A stretch of 64,000 bases of DNA from Myxococcota bacterium (GCA_040386535.1 JAZKFH010000017.1:151968-215967); one strand, 5' to 3'; positions 17,974 to 28,081 are shown, counted from the stretch's first letter. The notes: generated by a model not told the origin, from the letters alone. Numbers and translations: made by a program.

Positions 17974-20025
17974 ATGTCGAACGACGCGCTGCACTACTTC
18001 CGCATCGAGGCGCAGGAGCTGGTCGCGGAGCTGCGCCAGGGGATGGTGGACCTCGACCGTGCGCCCTGGGACCGCGCGGTGGTGCGGCGCCTGTTCCGGG
18101 TGGCCCACACGCTCAAGGGCGCCGCCCAGGTGGTCGACCACCCGCAGATCGCCGCCCTTTCGCACGCCGTGGAGGAGTTCCTCTCCCCGTACCGGGACGG
18201 CACGGATCTCGTCCCACCGGAGTCGCTCCGCGAGGCCCTCCAGCTCGTGATGGGCATGGAAGAGGCCGTGGTGGGCCTCGATCGCCCCGCGGCCGGCGGG
18301 GATCCGCGCGCGGAGAACGGGCCGCCGGCGGTGCCGTACGAGACGATGCGGGTGGAGCTCAAGGAGCTCGATTCGTTGCTGGGCTCCCTCTCGGAGCTCG
18401 AGGCGCAGATCGCGGGGTTCCAGCGCCCGGAGGACTGCCTCGTCGAGGCCCGGCGCATCGTCAACGACTTCGGCATCCACCTCACCACCAACGCGTCGGC
18501 GACCACGGCGTACCTGGCCGCCGGTGCGGACAGCAAGCTCGTGGCGATGGTGGAGGACCTGGCGCGGTCCCTCGAGCGGTGCCACGGCACGCTGCGCGCC
18601 GCGCGCGACCGCACGGAGGCAGAGGTCACCCTGCTGCACGACCAGGCGCAGCGCATGCGCCTCATCCCCACGAGCGTGCTGCTCACGACCCTGGAGCGGG
18701 CGGCGCGTGACGCCGGGCAGATGCTCGGCAAGCCCGTGATCGTCACGTCGAGCGGCGGGCACCTCCACCTCGACTCGCACGTGCTCGAGACCCTGAAGGA
18801 CGCCCTGCTCCAGGTCGTCCGCAACGCGGTGGTGCACGGGGTGGAGAGCCCGGACGGGCGCGCCGCCGCCGAAAAGCCCCCCTTCGGCCAGATCCGCCTC
18901 AGCGTGGAGCGGCGCGGGGGGAAGGTCGCGATTTCCTGCACGGACGACGGGGCCGGCATCGACCTCGACGGTGTCGGGCTCGCCGCCATCCGCCGGGGTG
19001 TCCTCACGCCCGACGAGGGCGCCGCGCTCACGCTGCCGGGCGCCGTCGACCTGCTGCGCGCGGGCGGCATCTCCACGCGCGACTCCGCCGACATGCTCTC
19101 CGGGCGCGGCATCGGGTTCAACGTCGTCAACGCGGCGGTGGAGCGGCTGAGCGGCACGTTGACGGTGCACAGCGACAAGGGCCTCGGCACGACCGTCGAG
19201 CTCCTCGTGCCCGTGGCCCTCACCGCCATCCGATCGTTGAAGGTCGAGGCCGGTGGGCTCGTCGCCTGGATCCCGGTCGACGCGATCGCGCGGGCGGTGC
19301 GGGTACCGGCGGGGGAGGTCGTCGGCACCGCCCACGACCGGGTCGTCACCGACGCGGGCGAGACGCTCCCGTTCTTGTGCCTGCACGACGTGCTCGAGGC
19401 GCCCATCCGCGCCCGCCCCGGCAGCATCGAGACCATGCTGCTGCTCCAGGCCGGGGGGCGCCGCGTCGCCCTCGGCGTCGATCGCATCGTAGGGGTGCGC
19501 GACATCCTCGCGCGGCCGATCGAGTCCGAGTTGACCGCCTCCGCCCTCGTCGCGGCCACCACGCTCGACTCCGCCGGCGTCCCCGAGCTGGTGCTGGAGC
19601 CGTCGCGCATCATCGAGCTCGCGCCCGCGCTCCTGCCGGTGGCCGAGCGCCACCACGATCGGCTCCCCATCCTCATCGTGGACGACTGTGCCACCTCGCG
19701 GCTCGTGGAGCAGGAGATCCTCCAGGCGGCCGGCTACGAGGTCGACCTCGCGGACACCGGGGAGGAAGGGCTCCGCCGGGCCAAGCGCCGCGCCTACGGC
19801 GCCTTCATCGTCGATGTCGAGATGCCCGGGATGGACGGCTTCGAGTTCGTCACCCGCATCCACGACCACCCGCTGCTCGCGCAGACCCCGTGTTTTCTCG
19901 TCACGTCCCGTTCCGCCGCGGCCTACCGGCGCAAGGGCGAGCTCGCGGGCGTGACCGGCTACGTGCTGAAGGGAGAGCTGCGCCGGGGCGACTTTCTCGA
20001 ACAACTACGCAAACATACGGGGTAG
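17974..20025 (+). CDS. cheA: CheA hybrid kinase (Hpt-HATPase-CheW-REC)
   Basis: LFRVAHTLKGAA, VRNAVVHGVE, DDGAGID, SGRGIG, C-terminal receiver; start at ATG 17974. Confidence 0.92.
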   Translation: MSNDALHYFRIEAQELVAELRQGMVDLDRAPWDRAVVRRLFRVAHTLKGAAQVVDHPQIAALSHAVEEFLSPYRDGTDLVPPESLREALQLVMGMEEAVVGLDRPAAGGDPRAENGPPAVPYETMRVELKELDSLLGSLSELEAQIAGFQRPEDCLVEARRIVNDFGIHLTTNASATTAYLAAGADSKLVAMVEDLARSLERCHGTLRAARDRTEAEVTLLHDQAQRMRLIPTSVLLTTLERAARDAGQMLGKPVIVTSSGGHLHLDSHVLETLKDALLQVVRNAVVHGVESPDGRAAAEKPPFGQIRLSVERRGGKVAISCTDDGAGIDLDGVGLAAIRRGVLTPDEGAALTLPGAVDLLRAGGISTRDSADMLSGRGIGFNVVNAAVERLSGTLTVHSDKGLGTTVELLVPVALTAIRSLKVEAGGLVAWIPVDAIARAVRVPAGEVVGTAHDRVVTDAGETLPFLCLHDVLEAPIRARPGSIETMLLLQAGGRRVALGVDRIVGVRDILARPIESELTASALVAATTLDSAGVPELVLEPSRIIELAPALLPVAERHHDRLPILIVDDCATSRLVEQEILQAAGYEVDLADTGEEGLRRAKRRAYGAFIVDVEMPGMDGFEFVTRIHDHPLLAQTPCFLVTSRSAAAYRRKGELAGVTGYVLKGELRRGDFLEQLRKHTG

Positions 20026-20126
20026 CGCCATCCCACCCCTCCGTCGACCACGCCGCGCGCGCGCCCCGCGGCCCGCCCCTCGTCACCCGTCCTGCTCGCG
20101 CAGCGGCGGCGCGGTAGGTTGTCCCC

Positions 20127-23100
20127 GTGCGTGACGACGATCCCGGCAAGCCCCTCGTACTCGTGGTCGACGACAGCCTGACGGTTCGTATGGACCTCGG
20201 GCACACGCTGAAGAACGCGGGCTTCGACGTGACGCTCTGCGCGACGCTGGCCGAGGCGCGCCGGGAGCTGTCGCGGGCGCGGTACGCGCTGCTGGTGCTC
20301 GACGTGCTGCTGCCCGACGGCGACGGCATTGATCTGCTCGCTGAGCTGAAGCGGGATCCGAAGAGCGCCGACCTGCCGGTCATGCTGCTCACCTCGGAGG
20401 CCGTCGTGCGCGACCGCGTCCGCGGCTGGTCCGTGGGCGCGGACGACTACGTCGGCAAGCCCTACGACCGCGGCTACGTCGTGGCCCGCGCGCACCAGCT
20501 CGTCCGCGGCCCCGCCCCCGCCTCCAACGTCCTGTCGGTGCTGCTCGTGGAGCCGCACCCCGACTCGAAGCTGCGCACGGCCTTGTCCGACGCCGGCTAC
20601 GACGTCTCGTTCGCGACGACCGGTGAGGAGGGGCTGCGCATGGCGCTCGCCCGCCGCCCCTCCGCCATGATCGTGGACGCCGCGCTCCCCGGCATCGACG
20701 GCGCCTCGGTCATCCGCCACATGCGTCTGGACGCCGCGCTGCGCCGCATGCCCGCGCTGCTGCTGACCGCCTCGGCCGAGGTGGGCGACGAGCTGCGCGC
20801 GCTGGACGCGGGCGCCGACGCCTTCGTGCGCAAGGGCGCCGACCCGAGCCTGGTGCTCGCGCGGCTGAACGCCCTGTTGCGCTCGGGGCGCGAGGACCCC
20901 GCCGAGCAGGAGGCCCCCAGCGCGCTCGGCCCCAAGCGGATCCTCGTGGTGGACCACGACCGCGACTACCTCGCCGCCCTGACGAAGCAGCTCCGGGGCG
21001 AGGGGTACGACGTTGCCGTGGCCGAGTCGGGTGCCGCCGCGATGCAGCTCCTGGCGGTGCAGCCGGTGGACTGCGTGTTGTTCGACCACCAGAGCCCCGG
21101 CGAGTCCGGGATCGATCTGATCCGCACGATCAAGAGCACCCAGACCCTCCGCGATCCGCCCATGATCGTGCTGACCGCGGTGGACGACCCGCAGGAGATG
21201 CTCTCGACCATCAACGCCGGGGCCGACGACTACGTGCCGAAGTCGAGCGGCTTCGACGTCGTCAAGGCGCGCGTGCGCGCCCGGCTGCGGCGGCGGCAGT
21301 TCGAGGACGAGCGTAGGCAGATCACGGAGCTGGCGCTACGCCAGGAGATGTACGTAGCCGAGGCCCGCGCCGTGTGGGACCTCGCCGAGGCCCGCGCCGC
21401 CCTGCTCGCCGACCTCGGCGAGAAGAACGAGGAGCTGCGCCGCACGAACGCCCTGCTCGCCGTCGCGCGCGACCAGGCTGAGCGGGAGAGCAACTTCAAG
21501 TCCCGCTTCCTCGCCAACATGTCCCACGAGCTGCGCACCCCGCTCAACGCCATCATCGGCTTCTCCGAGCTCCTCGAACAGCAGCTCTTCGGGCCCCTGA
21601 ACGACCGGCAGGTGCAGTACGTCGGCCACGTGCACTCCAGCGGCCGCCACCTGCTCGCGCTCATCAACGAGGTGCTCGACCTGTCCAAGATCGCGGCTGG
21701 CCGCGTGGATCTGCAACGCGACTGGATCGAGCCGCGCAGCATCACCGACGCCGCGGTCGCCATCGTCCGCCCCATCGCGACCAAGCAGGGCGTCACGCTC
21801 ACGGCGAACATCCCGCCGGGCCTGCCGCTCCTGTATGCCGACCCCGTGCGGCTCCGGCAGGTGCTCTACAACCTGCTCTCCAACGGCATCAAGTTCACCC
21901 CGCGCGGCGGCACGGTGACGTTGCGCGCCCAGGCCTCGGGGGACCGCCTCCGGTTCGACGTGGACGACACGGGGATCGGCATCCGCCAGGAGGATCTGCC
22001 GCGGTTGTTCCGGGAGTTCGAGCAGATCGAGGGGCCGTCCGGGCTCAAGCCCCAGGGGACCGGGCTCGGGCTCGCGCTCTCGCGCCGCCTCGTCGAGCTC
22101 CAGGGCGGAAACCTCTCCGTCCAGAGCACCCCCGGCGTCGGCTCCACCTTCACGGTCACCCTGCCCCTGCACCGCACGGAGGTGGAGGGCCGGGGCGAGG
22201 TCGAGCCGTGGGCGGGGCCGCTGGTGCTGGTCATCGAGGACGATCCGGGCGTGGCCGAGTCCACGATGGAGCATCTGCGCATGTCCGGCCTCTCGTCGGC
22301 CTGGGCGCGCACCCCGGAGGAGGCGACGCGGATGCAGTCCGCGCTCCAGCCGGCCGCCATCGTGCTCGACCTCGGTCTGAAGACCGCGGACGGCTGGGCG
22401 CTCCTGGCCCGCCTGCGCGTAGACCCCGCCTCGTCCAACACCCCCATCGTCATCGTGGCGTCCGTCGGGCGGGAGGGCCCGGCGCTCGTGGTGGGCGCCA
22501 CCGACTACCTGGTCAAGCCGGTGGACAGGCAGGCGCTCCTCCGGCTGCTCGACCTCGGCACCGGCCCGCGGCGGGTGTTGCTGGTCGGGACCCAAACCGC
22601 CGACCTGGAGCGGGTCGAGGCCCACCTGACCGGCGCCGGGCACACCGTGCACAAGGGCGACACCGCCGCGTCGGTGGCCGCCGGGCTCGCGGACGTCGAC
22701 GCCGTGCTCGTCGATCTGTCCGACCCGCCCGACGTCGTGGCCGCCCTCCTCGCGCCCCTGGACCGCGCCCCCTCGGCCCCCATCGTGCTCGGCCTCGTCG
22801 GGCCCTGCGTGCAGCCGGTGCTCCCGGCCACGCCCGCCCTGCTCCCGCCATGGTCCCATCCGGGCGACACCGCGCGGCTCACCCGTGCACTGCGCACCGG
22901 GCTTGCCCGCGCCCGCGAGTACGAGGACGCGGCGCGCAGCTCCACGGGCCTCCCCCGGAAAGAGGCGCTCGTCGCGCACCTCCGCGGTGCGTTGCAGCGC
23001 GCCGAGCGGGACCTCCGGCAGGTCGCGGTCATCGCGGCCCGCGCGCCCACCGTCCGCGACGACACCCGCAAGCGCGCCCGCGCCATCGCCCCCCGCTTGC

Positions 23101-23318
23101 GCACGGGGGACTTTGTCGCCATGACCGATGACGACATCGTGCTCATCGTGGTCGACGCCGTTCCCCAACACGCCACCACCATCGAGGCGCGCTTCGCCGA
23201 CCTGCTAGGGCGCGTGTTCGGCGGCCCCGTGTCGCTGTGCGCGGGCTGGTTCCCGCAGGACGGCTCCCAGGCCGAGACCCTCGTGGCCACGGTGCTGGCC
23301 CGGCTGGACAAGGCCTGA
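20127..23318 (+). CDS. Multi-receiver hybrid histidine kinase (3xREC-HisKA-HATPase-REC-pseudoREC-degenerate GGDEF)
   Basis: Three N-terminal receivers, FLANMSHELRTPLN, NLLSNGIKFT, GTGLGL; C-terminus TGLPRK...RTGDFVAMTDDDI...FPQDG. Confidence 0.9.
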   Translation: MRDDDPGKPLVLVVDDSLTVRMDLGHTLKNAGFDVTLCATLAEARRELSRARYALLVLDVLLPDGDGIDLLAELKRDPKSADLPVMLLTSEAVVRDRVRGWSVGADDYVGKPYDRGYVVARAHQLVRGPAPASNVLSVLLVEPHPDSKLRTALSDAGYDVSFATTGEEGLRMALARRPSAMIVDAALPGIDGASVIRHMRLDAALRRMPALLLTASAEVGDELRALDAGADAFVRKGADPSLVLARLNALLRSGREDPAEQEAPSALGPKRILVVDHDRDYLAALTKQLRGEGYDVAVAESGAAAMQLLAVQPVDCVLFDHQSPGESGIDLIRTIKSTQTLRDPPMIVLTAVDDPQEMLSTINAGADDYVPKSSGFDVVKARVRARLRRRQFEDERRQITELALRQEMYVAEARAVWDLAEARAALLADLGEKNEELRRTNALLAVARDQAERESNFKSRFLANMSHELRTPLNAIIGFSELLEQQLFGPLNDRQVQYVGHVHSSGRHLLALINEVLDLSKIAAGRVDLQRDWIEPRSITDAAVAIVRPIATKQGVTLTANIPPGLPLLYADPVRLRQVLYNLLSNGIKFTPRGGTVTLRAQASGDRLRFDVDDTGIGIRQEDLPRLFREFEQIEGPSGLKPQGTGLGLALSRRLVELQGGNLSVQSTPGVGSTFTVTLPLHRTEVEGRGEVEPWAGPLVLVIEDDPGVAESTMEHLRMSGLSSAWARTPEEATRMQSALQPAAIVLDLGLKTADGWALLARLRVDPASSNTPIVIVASVGREGPALVVGATDYLVKPVDRQALLRLLDLGTGPRRVLLVGTQTADLERVEAHLTGAGHTVHKGDTAASVAAGLADVDAVLVDLSDPPDVVAALLAPLDRAPSAPIVLGLVGPCVQPVLPATPALLPPWSHPGDTARLTRALRTGLARAREYEDAARSSTGLPRKEALVAHLRGALQRAERDLRQVAVIAARAPTVRDDTRKRARAIAPRLRTGDFVAMTDDDIVLIVVDAVPQHATTIEARFADLLGRVFGGPVSLCAGWFPQDGSQAETLVATVLARLDKA

Positions 23319-23695
23319 TGGCGGGCGTCACGACCCTGATCGTCGAGGACCACGCGCTCAACCGCTGTCTCCTCAAGGATCTGCTGGAGTGGCACGGCCA
23401 CACGGTCATCGAGGCCATCGGCGGGGACGACGCGTGGGAGGCGCTGGCACGCGCTCGGCCCGACCTGGTCCTGCTCGACATCCTGATCCCCGGCGGCGGC
23501 GGCGAGCGCCTCCTGGCCCGCATGCGCGCCGACGCCCGTCTCGCCGATGTCCCCGTGGTCGCCGTGACCGCGCTCTCCATGCCCGAGGATCGCACCCGCC
23601 TGATCGACGCGGGGTTCGACGCCTACGTCACCAAGCCGTACGACACGCGAGACCTGCTGGTGCTGGTGGACGCGCTGGTGGATCACCGGCGGTAG
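23318..23695 (+). CDS. Single-domain response regulator (CheY/DivK-like)
   Basis: IVEDH..N..PDLVLLDILIPG..AVTA..YVTKP; TGATG overlap with the kinase. Confidence 0.88.
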   Translation: MAGVTTLIVEDHALNRCLLKDLLEWHGHTVIEAIGGDDAWEALARARPDLVLLDILIPGGGGERLLARMRADARLADVPVVAVTALSMPEDRTRLIDAGFDAYVTKPYDTRDLLVLVDALVDHRR

Positions 23696-23795
23696 GTCCG
23701 CGCCCCGTCGCGACGCGTCAAGATTTTCCCGCGCCACGATCGCGGCCCCGTCGAAGCGCGAGCGCAGCAGCGTCGGCACCGTAGCGCAAAACTGT

Positions 23796-23827
23796 TTGTC
23801 AGCAATCACTGTCATGTTTACAGTGAT
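23796..23827 (+). promoter_or_regulatory. Sigma70-type promoter with overlapping dyad operator
   Basis: TTGTCA (23796-23801)-N17-TACAGT (23819-23824); IR ATCACTGT-N7-ACAGTGAT (23805-23827). Confidence 0.65.
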
Positions 23828-23831
23828 GTTC

Positions 23832-24398
23832 ATGCCGCCCCTGTTGCTCGACCGCTACCGCCCCACCGGGCCCCAGTCCGCCTCGTCCAAGGAGGGCTTC
23901 GGGCTGGCCGCCCTCGTCGCGGCCGCCGGGGAGATCCTCGCGGCGACAGGAAGCGCGGTGGGGGACGAGCGCGTCTCGAGCGCGCCCGACGCGCGCACCA
24001 TCCGCTACTACCAGTCGCTCGGGGTGCTCGATCGGCCGCTCCGCCACGAGGGGCGCGAGGTGGTGTACGGCTACCGGCACCTGCTCCAGGCCGTCGCGAC
24101 CAAGCTGCTGCAGGCCGAGGGCTACACGCTGGCGCAGGTGCAGCGCGCGCTGCTGGGCAGCACCACCGAGGCGCTGGAGCGCGCGGTCGCGGACGCGCTC
24201 GGCGACGGTGCGCCGAGATCGCAAGCGGCGCCGCCCGCGCCGCCCGCACCGGCCGCCCCCGATCTGCGCTCCCTCCTCACGCGCGAGGTCGCGCCCGGCG
24301 TGATCGTCACGCTCGATCCGCGCCTCGTCTCCGATCCCGACTCGCTCCTCGCCCGCATCACCCACGCGCTCACCCTTCCCTCCGGAGGATCCCGATGA
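23832..24398 (+). CDS. MerR-family HTH transcriptional regulator
   Basis: PDARTIRYYQSLGVLDRP...YGYRHLLQ..ATKLLQAEGYTLAQV. Confidence 0.85.
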   Translation: MPPLLLDRYRPTGPQSASSKEGFGLAALVAAAGEILAATGSAVGDERVSSAPDARTIRYYQSLGVLDRPLRHEGREVVYGYRHLLQAVATKLLQAEGYTLAQVQRALLGSTTEALERAVADALGDGAPRSQAAPPAPPAPAAPDLRSLLTREVAPGVIVTLDPRLVSDPDSLLARITHALTLPSGGSR

Positions 24399-26896
24399 CC
24401 CCAGCCCTTCACGCCCAGGCCACCCCCGATTCCCGCGGCCTCGGCGGCCTCGTCGCCCTGGTCGAGGGGGTGGAGCGCCCGCTCCCGCTACGCGACGTGC
24501 GGGTCCGCGCCCGAGTCGCCGGAGACTGCGCCCGCATCGAGGTCGAGCAGCGGTATGCCAACCCCTACGACGTGGCGCTCGAGGCCGTGCACCTGTTCCC
24601 GCTGCCCGAGACCGGCGCGGTGATCGAGATGGAGCTGCGCGCCGGGGATGTGGTGGTGCGCGCCGACTGCCGCGAGCGCAAGGAGGCCGAGGCCACCTTC
24701 GCGGCCGCGCGGGAGGCCGGCCACCGCGCCGCGCTCCTCACCGCCGAGCGCGCCGACATCCACACGCTGCGGGTGACCAACCTGCCGCCGAAGACCGAGG
24801 TGGTCGTGCGCCTCGTGGTCATCGAGCGCCTCGAGACGGTGGACGGGCGCACCCAGCTCCGCTTCCCCACGACGATCGCGCCGCGGTACCTGCCCGGCAC
24901 GCCGATCGGGCAGTCCGGCCCCGGCATCCTCCCCGACACCGACCACGTGCCGGACGCCTCGCGCCTGCAGCCGCCGGTGCTCGTGGGCCAGGGCGCGAAG
25001 CTCGACCTCGAGGTGCACGTGCTCGGCGCGGTGCGCACCATCGAGTCCTCCTTGCACGTGGCCCAGGTGACGCTCGACGATCACAGCGTGCGTGTGGCCC
25101 CGAAGGGCGGCGCCACGGTCGACCGTGACTTCATCCTCACGTGGACCACCGCCGTGGCCGACCGCACCGACGCGCGCGCCTTCACCGACGGCGCCTACAC
25201 CCTGGTGGTCGTCAACCCGCCCGGGAGCGTGCTGCCCGCGCCGATCCCGCGCGACGCCGTGTTCGTGGTCGACATCTCGGGCTCGATGGACGGCGGCAAG
25301 ATGGAGGCCGCCAAGCGCGCCCTCGTCAGCGCGCTGCATGGCCTGCTCCCCGGTGACCGCTTCCGCATCGTGGCGTTCGACGACAAGGTCGAGCACTTCC
25401 GCAAGACGTTCGCGACGTACGACGACGCGTCGCTCGCCGCGGCCGACGCGTGGGTGGCCCGGCTCGCCCCGCGCGGCGGCACGGAGATGTTGCCCGCGAT
25501 CCAGAGCGCGCTGGAAGGCGAGACCCCCGCGGGCCGGCTCCGCACCGTGCTGTTCATCACCGACGGGCAGGCGCACAACGAGGTGGAGCTGGTGGCCGCG
25601 GTCGCCAACCGCCGTGGCACCGCGCGCTTCTTCAGCCTCGGCATCGACACCGCGGTGAACGGCGCGCTGCTCGGGCGGCTCGCGCGGGTCGGCGGCGGCA
25701 CCTGCGAGCTCTGCGCGCCCACGGACGACATCGAGGCGGTCATCGCCCGCATCGAGGCGCGCTTCGGCATGCCGTTGGCCGAGGCGGTGACGGTCGAGGG
25801 GGGAGAGGTCGCCGGCGCCACGGAGAACGTACTGTTCGCGGGCCGCCCGCTGACCGTGCTGCTGCGCGGCGCCCCTGCCAGCGTGCGCGTCGCGGGCCGC
25901 ACCGCCGGGGCCCCGCTGGCCGCCACGGTCACGCCCACGCCGATCGACTTCCCCCTCGGCCCGCTCTGGGCGCGCGTGCGGGTGGCCGACCTGGAGGATC
26001 GCCTCGCGTTGCGCCCCTTCGAGGAGGAGGCCCTGCGCGGCGAGATCCTGCGCGTGGCGCTCGAGCACCACATCGCGTCGCGGTTCACCGCGTTCGTGGC
26101 GGTGGAGACGTCGAGCCGTACCACCGGCGAGCGGGTCGAGGTGGTGCAGCCGGCGATGGTGCCGGAGGGGTGGGCGCCCGGATTCTCCGGCGTCCCGAGC
26201 GGCGGCGGCGGGATGCCGATGACGTTCCGGGGGGCGCCGATGGCGTCGATGCCCTCGGCCGCGCCGAGCGCCACGATGGACTTCATGGAGAGCGACGACG
26301 GGGCCTACGCGTCGGCCGCGCCCGCGCCCGCGCGCGCGTCCCGGCCCCCTTCGCCGCCCTCGTCCCCGTCCCCGTCTCCCAAGGCGTCCCCGGGGCCCCT
26401 GAAGCGCGCGCTGAGCAAGATGATCGACAGCGTGCGGGGCGGCTCCGCCCCGTCGGGTCATCCCGCGCCGCCGCCCCCCCCCGCGATGAGCGCGCCGGAG
26501 AGCGAGGAGGCCGCCGCCCCGGCGCCCGCCCGCGAGATGGCGCGCAAGGAGTCGGCCCCGTCCGCCGCCGCCGGCGTGGATCCTGGCGCGGAGCTCGCCC
26601 GCACCCAGTCCGCGGACGGCAGCTACGGCGGGGACGTGCACCGCACCGCCGCGGCGCTCCTGGCCCTGGTGTTGCTCGGCAACACGCGCATCGTGGGCCT
26701 GCGCAAGCGCGCCGTGCTCAAGGCGGCCGCGTGGCTCCAGGCCCGGGCGGCCGATCCGCACGCGTCCGTGGCGCTCGCCGCGCTCACCCGCGTGGAGCGC
26801 GGAGACGACGCCGGCCGCAAGGTCGAGCTGCGCATGCTCGTGGAGGACACGCCGGAGGGGCGCATCCTCGGGGCGGTCCTCGGCGGGGCCGCGTGA
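24395..26896 (+). CDS. VIT + vWA domain protein (inter-alpha-trypsin-inhibitor-like)
   Basis: VIT (QRYANP..LEAV..FPLP), MIDAS DISGSM, GGTE, FITDG; Pro/Ala/Ser-rich tail; ATGA overlap with the MerR gene. Confidence 0.9.
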   Translation: MTPALHAQATPDSRGLGGLVALVEGVERPLPLRDVRVRARVAGDCARIEVEQRYANPYDVALEAVHLFPLPETGAVIEMELRAGDVVVRADCRERKEAEATFAAAREAGHRAALLTAERADIHTLRVTNLPPKTEVVVRLVVIERLETVDGRTQLRFPTTIAPRYLPGTPIGQSGPGILPDTDHVPDASRLQPPVLVGQGAKLDLEVHVLGAVRTIESSLHVAQVTLDDHSVRVAPKGGATVDRDFILTWTTAVADRTDARAFTDGAYTLVVVNPPGSVLPAPIPRDAVFVVDISGSMDGGKMEAAKRALVSALHGLLPGDRFRIVAFDDKVEHFRKTFATYDDASLAAADAWVARLAPRGGTEMLPAIQSALEGETPAGRLRTVLFITDGQAHNEVELVAAVANRRGTARFFSLGIDTAVNGALLGRLARVGGGTCELCAPTDDIEAVIARIEARFGMPLAEAVTVEGGEVAGATENVLFAGRPLTVLLRGAPASVRVAGRTAGAPLAATVTPTPIDFPLGPLWARVRVADLEDRLALRPFEEEALRGEILRVALEHHIASRFTAFVAVETSSRTTGERVEVVQPAMVPEGWAPGFSGVPSGGGGMPMTFRGAPMASMPSAAPSATMDFMESDDGAYASAAPAPARASRPPSPPSSPSPSPKASPGPLKRALSKMIDSVRGGSAPSGHPAPPPPPAMSAPESEEAAAPAPAREMARKESAPSAAAGVDPGAELARTQSADGSYGGDVHRTAAALLALVLLGNTRIVGLRKRAVLKAAAWLQARAADPHASVALAALTRVERGDDAGRKVELRMLVEDTPEGRILGAVLGGAA

Positions 26897-26917
26897 CCGC
26901 AGGCTGACAACGAAGCG

Positions 26918-26947
26918 GAGCCCCGCGTCCGGATGGACACGGGGCTC
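26918..26947. terminator. GC-rich hairpin between convergent genes, possible terminator
   Basis: gagccccg-c-gtcc-(ggat)-ggac-a-cggggctc; no U-tract. Confidence 0.45.
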
Positions 26948-27001
26948 GCACATCTCACACAACCACTGGGGCCGCGAGGGCCCCTGTGTCAGTCCCCTGT
27001 G

Positions 27002-28081
27002 TCAGTGCTCCTTGGTCGGCGCCGGGTTCGCGCCCGCGAACGCCATGGGCACGTCCTTCGGTGCGCCCGCCGAGCCGCCGAGCGCGGCCGAGACGAGGCC
27101 GACGACCATCGCCAGGAAGGTCCAGAACATGACGCTGCCGAGCGCGCCCGACACATCCTCGGTCACCTGCGCCGCGGTCTCCTGCACCTGCGCGGTCGTG
27201 GTCCCCACCGTCGCCCGGACCTGGTTCCAATTCTGGATCCAGTTGTCGACGATGCGCCCCGCCTCGGCCTGGTTCAGGTCCGTCCGTGCCACGAGCACGT
27301 TGATGGCATCCTGCCGGTCGACCTCGTTGACCACGTTCTCGCCGGTGACGGCGAGCCGCGCGAACGCCGCCTGGATCGCGTCGAACGCATTGGCGCCCGG
27401 CTGCTGCGCGGCCTCCCCCGCGGCCTCACCGGCGCCTTGTTGCGCCGCCTCCGCGCGCTGCCGCAACGCGTCCGGCTGGAGCTGGGGATCGCCGGTCTGC
27501 TGCAGGAACCGGCCGATCTCCGCGCCCACCGCGTCCCCGCCGCCCGCCTGGCGGATCTGCTCGCCCACCGCGGGTGCCATCGCCCCCACGCCCTCGCCCA
27601 CGATCCCCAACGTGGAGCCGACGACGTTGAACGCGCCGGAGACCACACCCCCGAGCAGGTTGGTCAACATCCAGGTGGAGAACAACGTGACGAGGCCCCA
27701 GGTCACGATGCCGTGCAGCAGAGCGTCGCCCCGCTTGGGAATGCCCGCCAGCCTTCCCGCGGTGTACCCGCCCGCGAACAGCGCGAGCACCGTCGTGAAG
27801 AGGAGCCAGATGCCGGTGCCGACCCCGAGCCCCTCGAAGGTCCGTGCCTCGGTCGCCGGGTTGATCGTCCCGAGGGCGACCGCGAGCCCCAGGGTGCCGA
27901 GGAGGAGCTCGACCACGAGCGCCACGACCACGCCCGCGAAGATCGCGCCCCACGACACCCGCCGCGCCGCCGCCGGCGCCACCGGCGCATACGGATATGG
28001 ACGCGCCCATGCCGCGTCGTAGGAATCCGGTCGGGGAGGCGCCCTGCCCCCCGGACCGGTGACCGGGATATCGTCTGCCAT
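27002..28081 (-). CDS. Multi-pass membrane protein (YrzE-like, VSWGAIFAG family)
   Basis: RVSWGAIFAGVVVAL..., GGYTAGRLAG, LHG..TWG; Ala/Gln-rich extracytoplasmic region; start at ATG 28081. Confidence 0.75.
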   Translation of the reverse strand: MADDIPVTGPGGRAPPRPDSYDAAWARPYPYAPVAPAAARRVSWGAIFAGVVVALVVELLLGTLGLAVALGTINPATEARTFEGLGVGTGIWLLFTTVLALFAGGYTAGRLAGIPKRGDALLHGIVTWGLVTLFSTWMLTNLLGGVVSGAFNVVGSTLGIVGEGVGAMAPAVGEQIRQAGGGDAVGAEIGRFLQQTGDPQLQPDALRQRAEAAQQGAGEAAGEAAQQPGANAFDAIQAAFARLAVTGENVVNEVDRQDAINVLVARTDLNQAEAGRIVDNWIQNWNQVRATVGTTTAQVQETAAQVTEDVSGALGSVMFWTFLAMVVGLVSAALGGSAGAPKDVPMAFAGANPAPTKEH

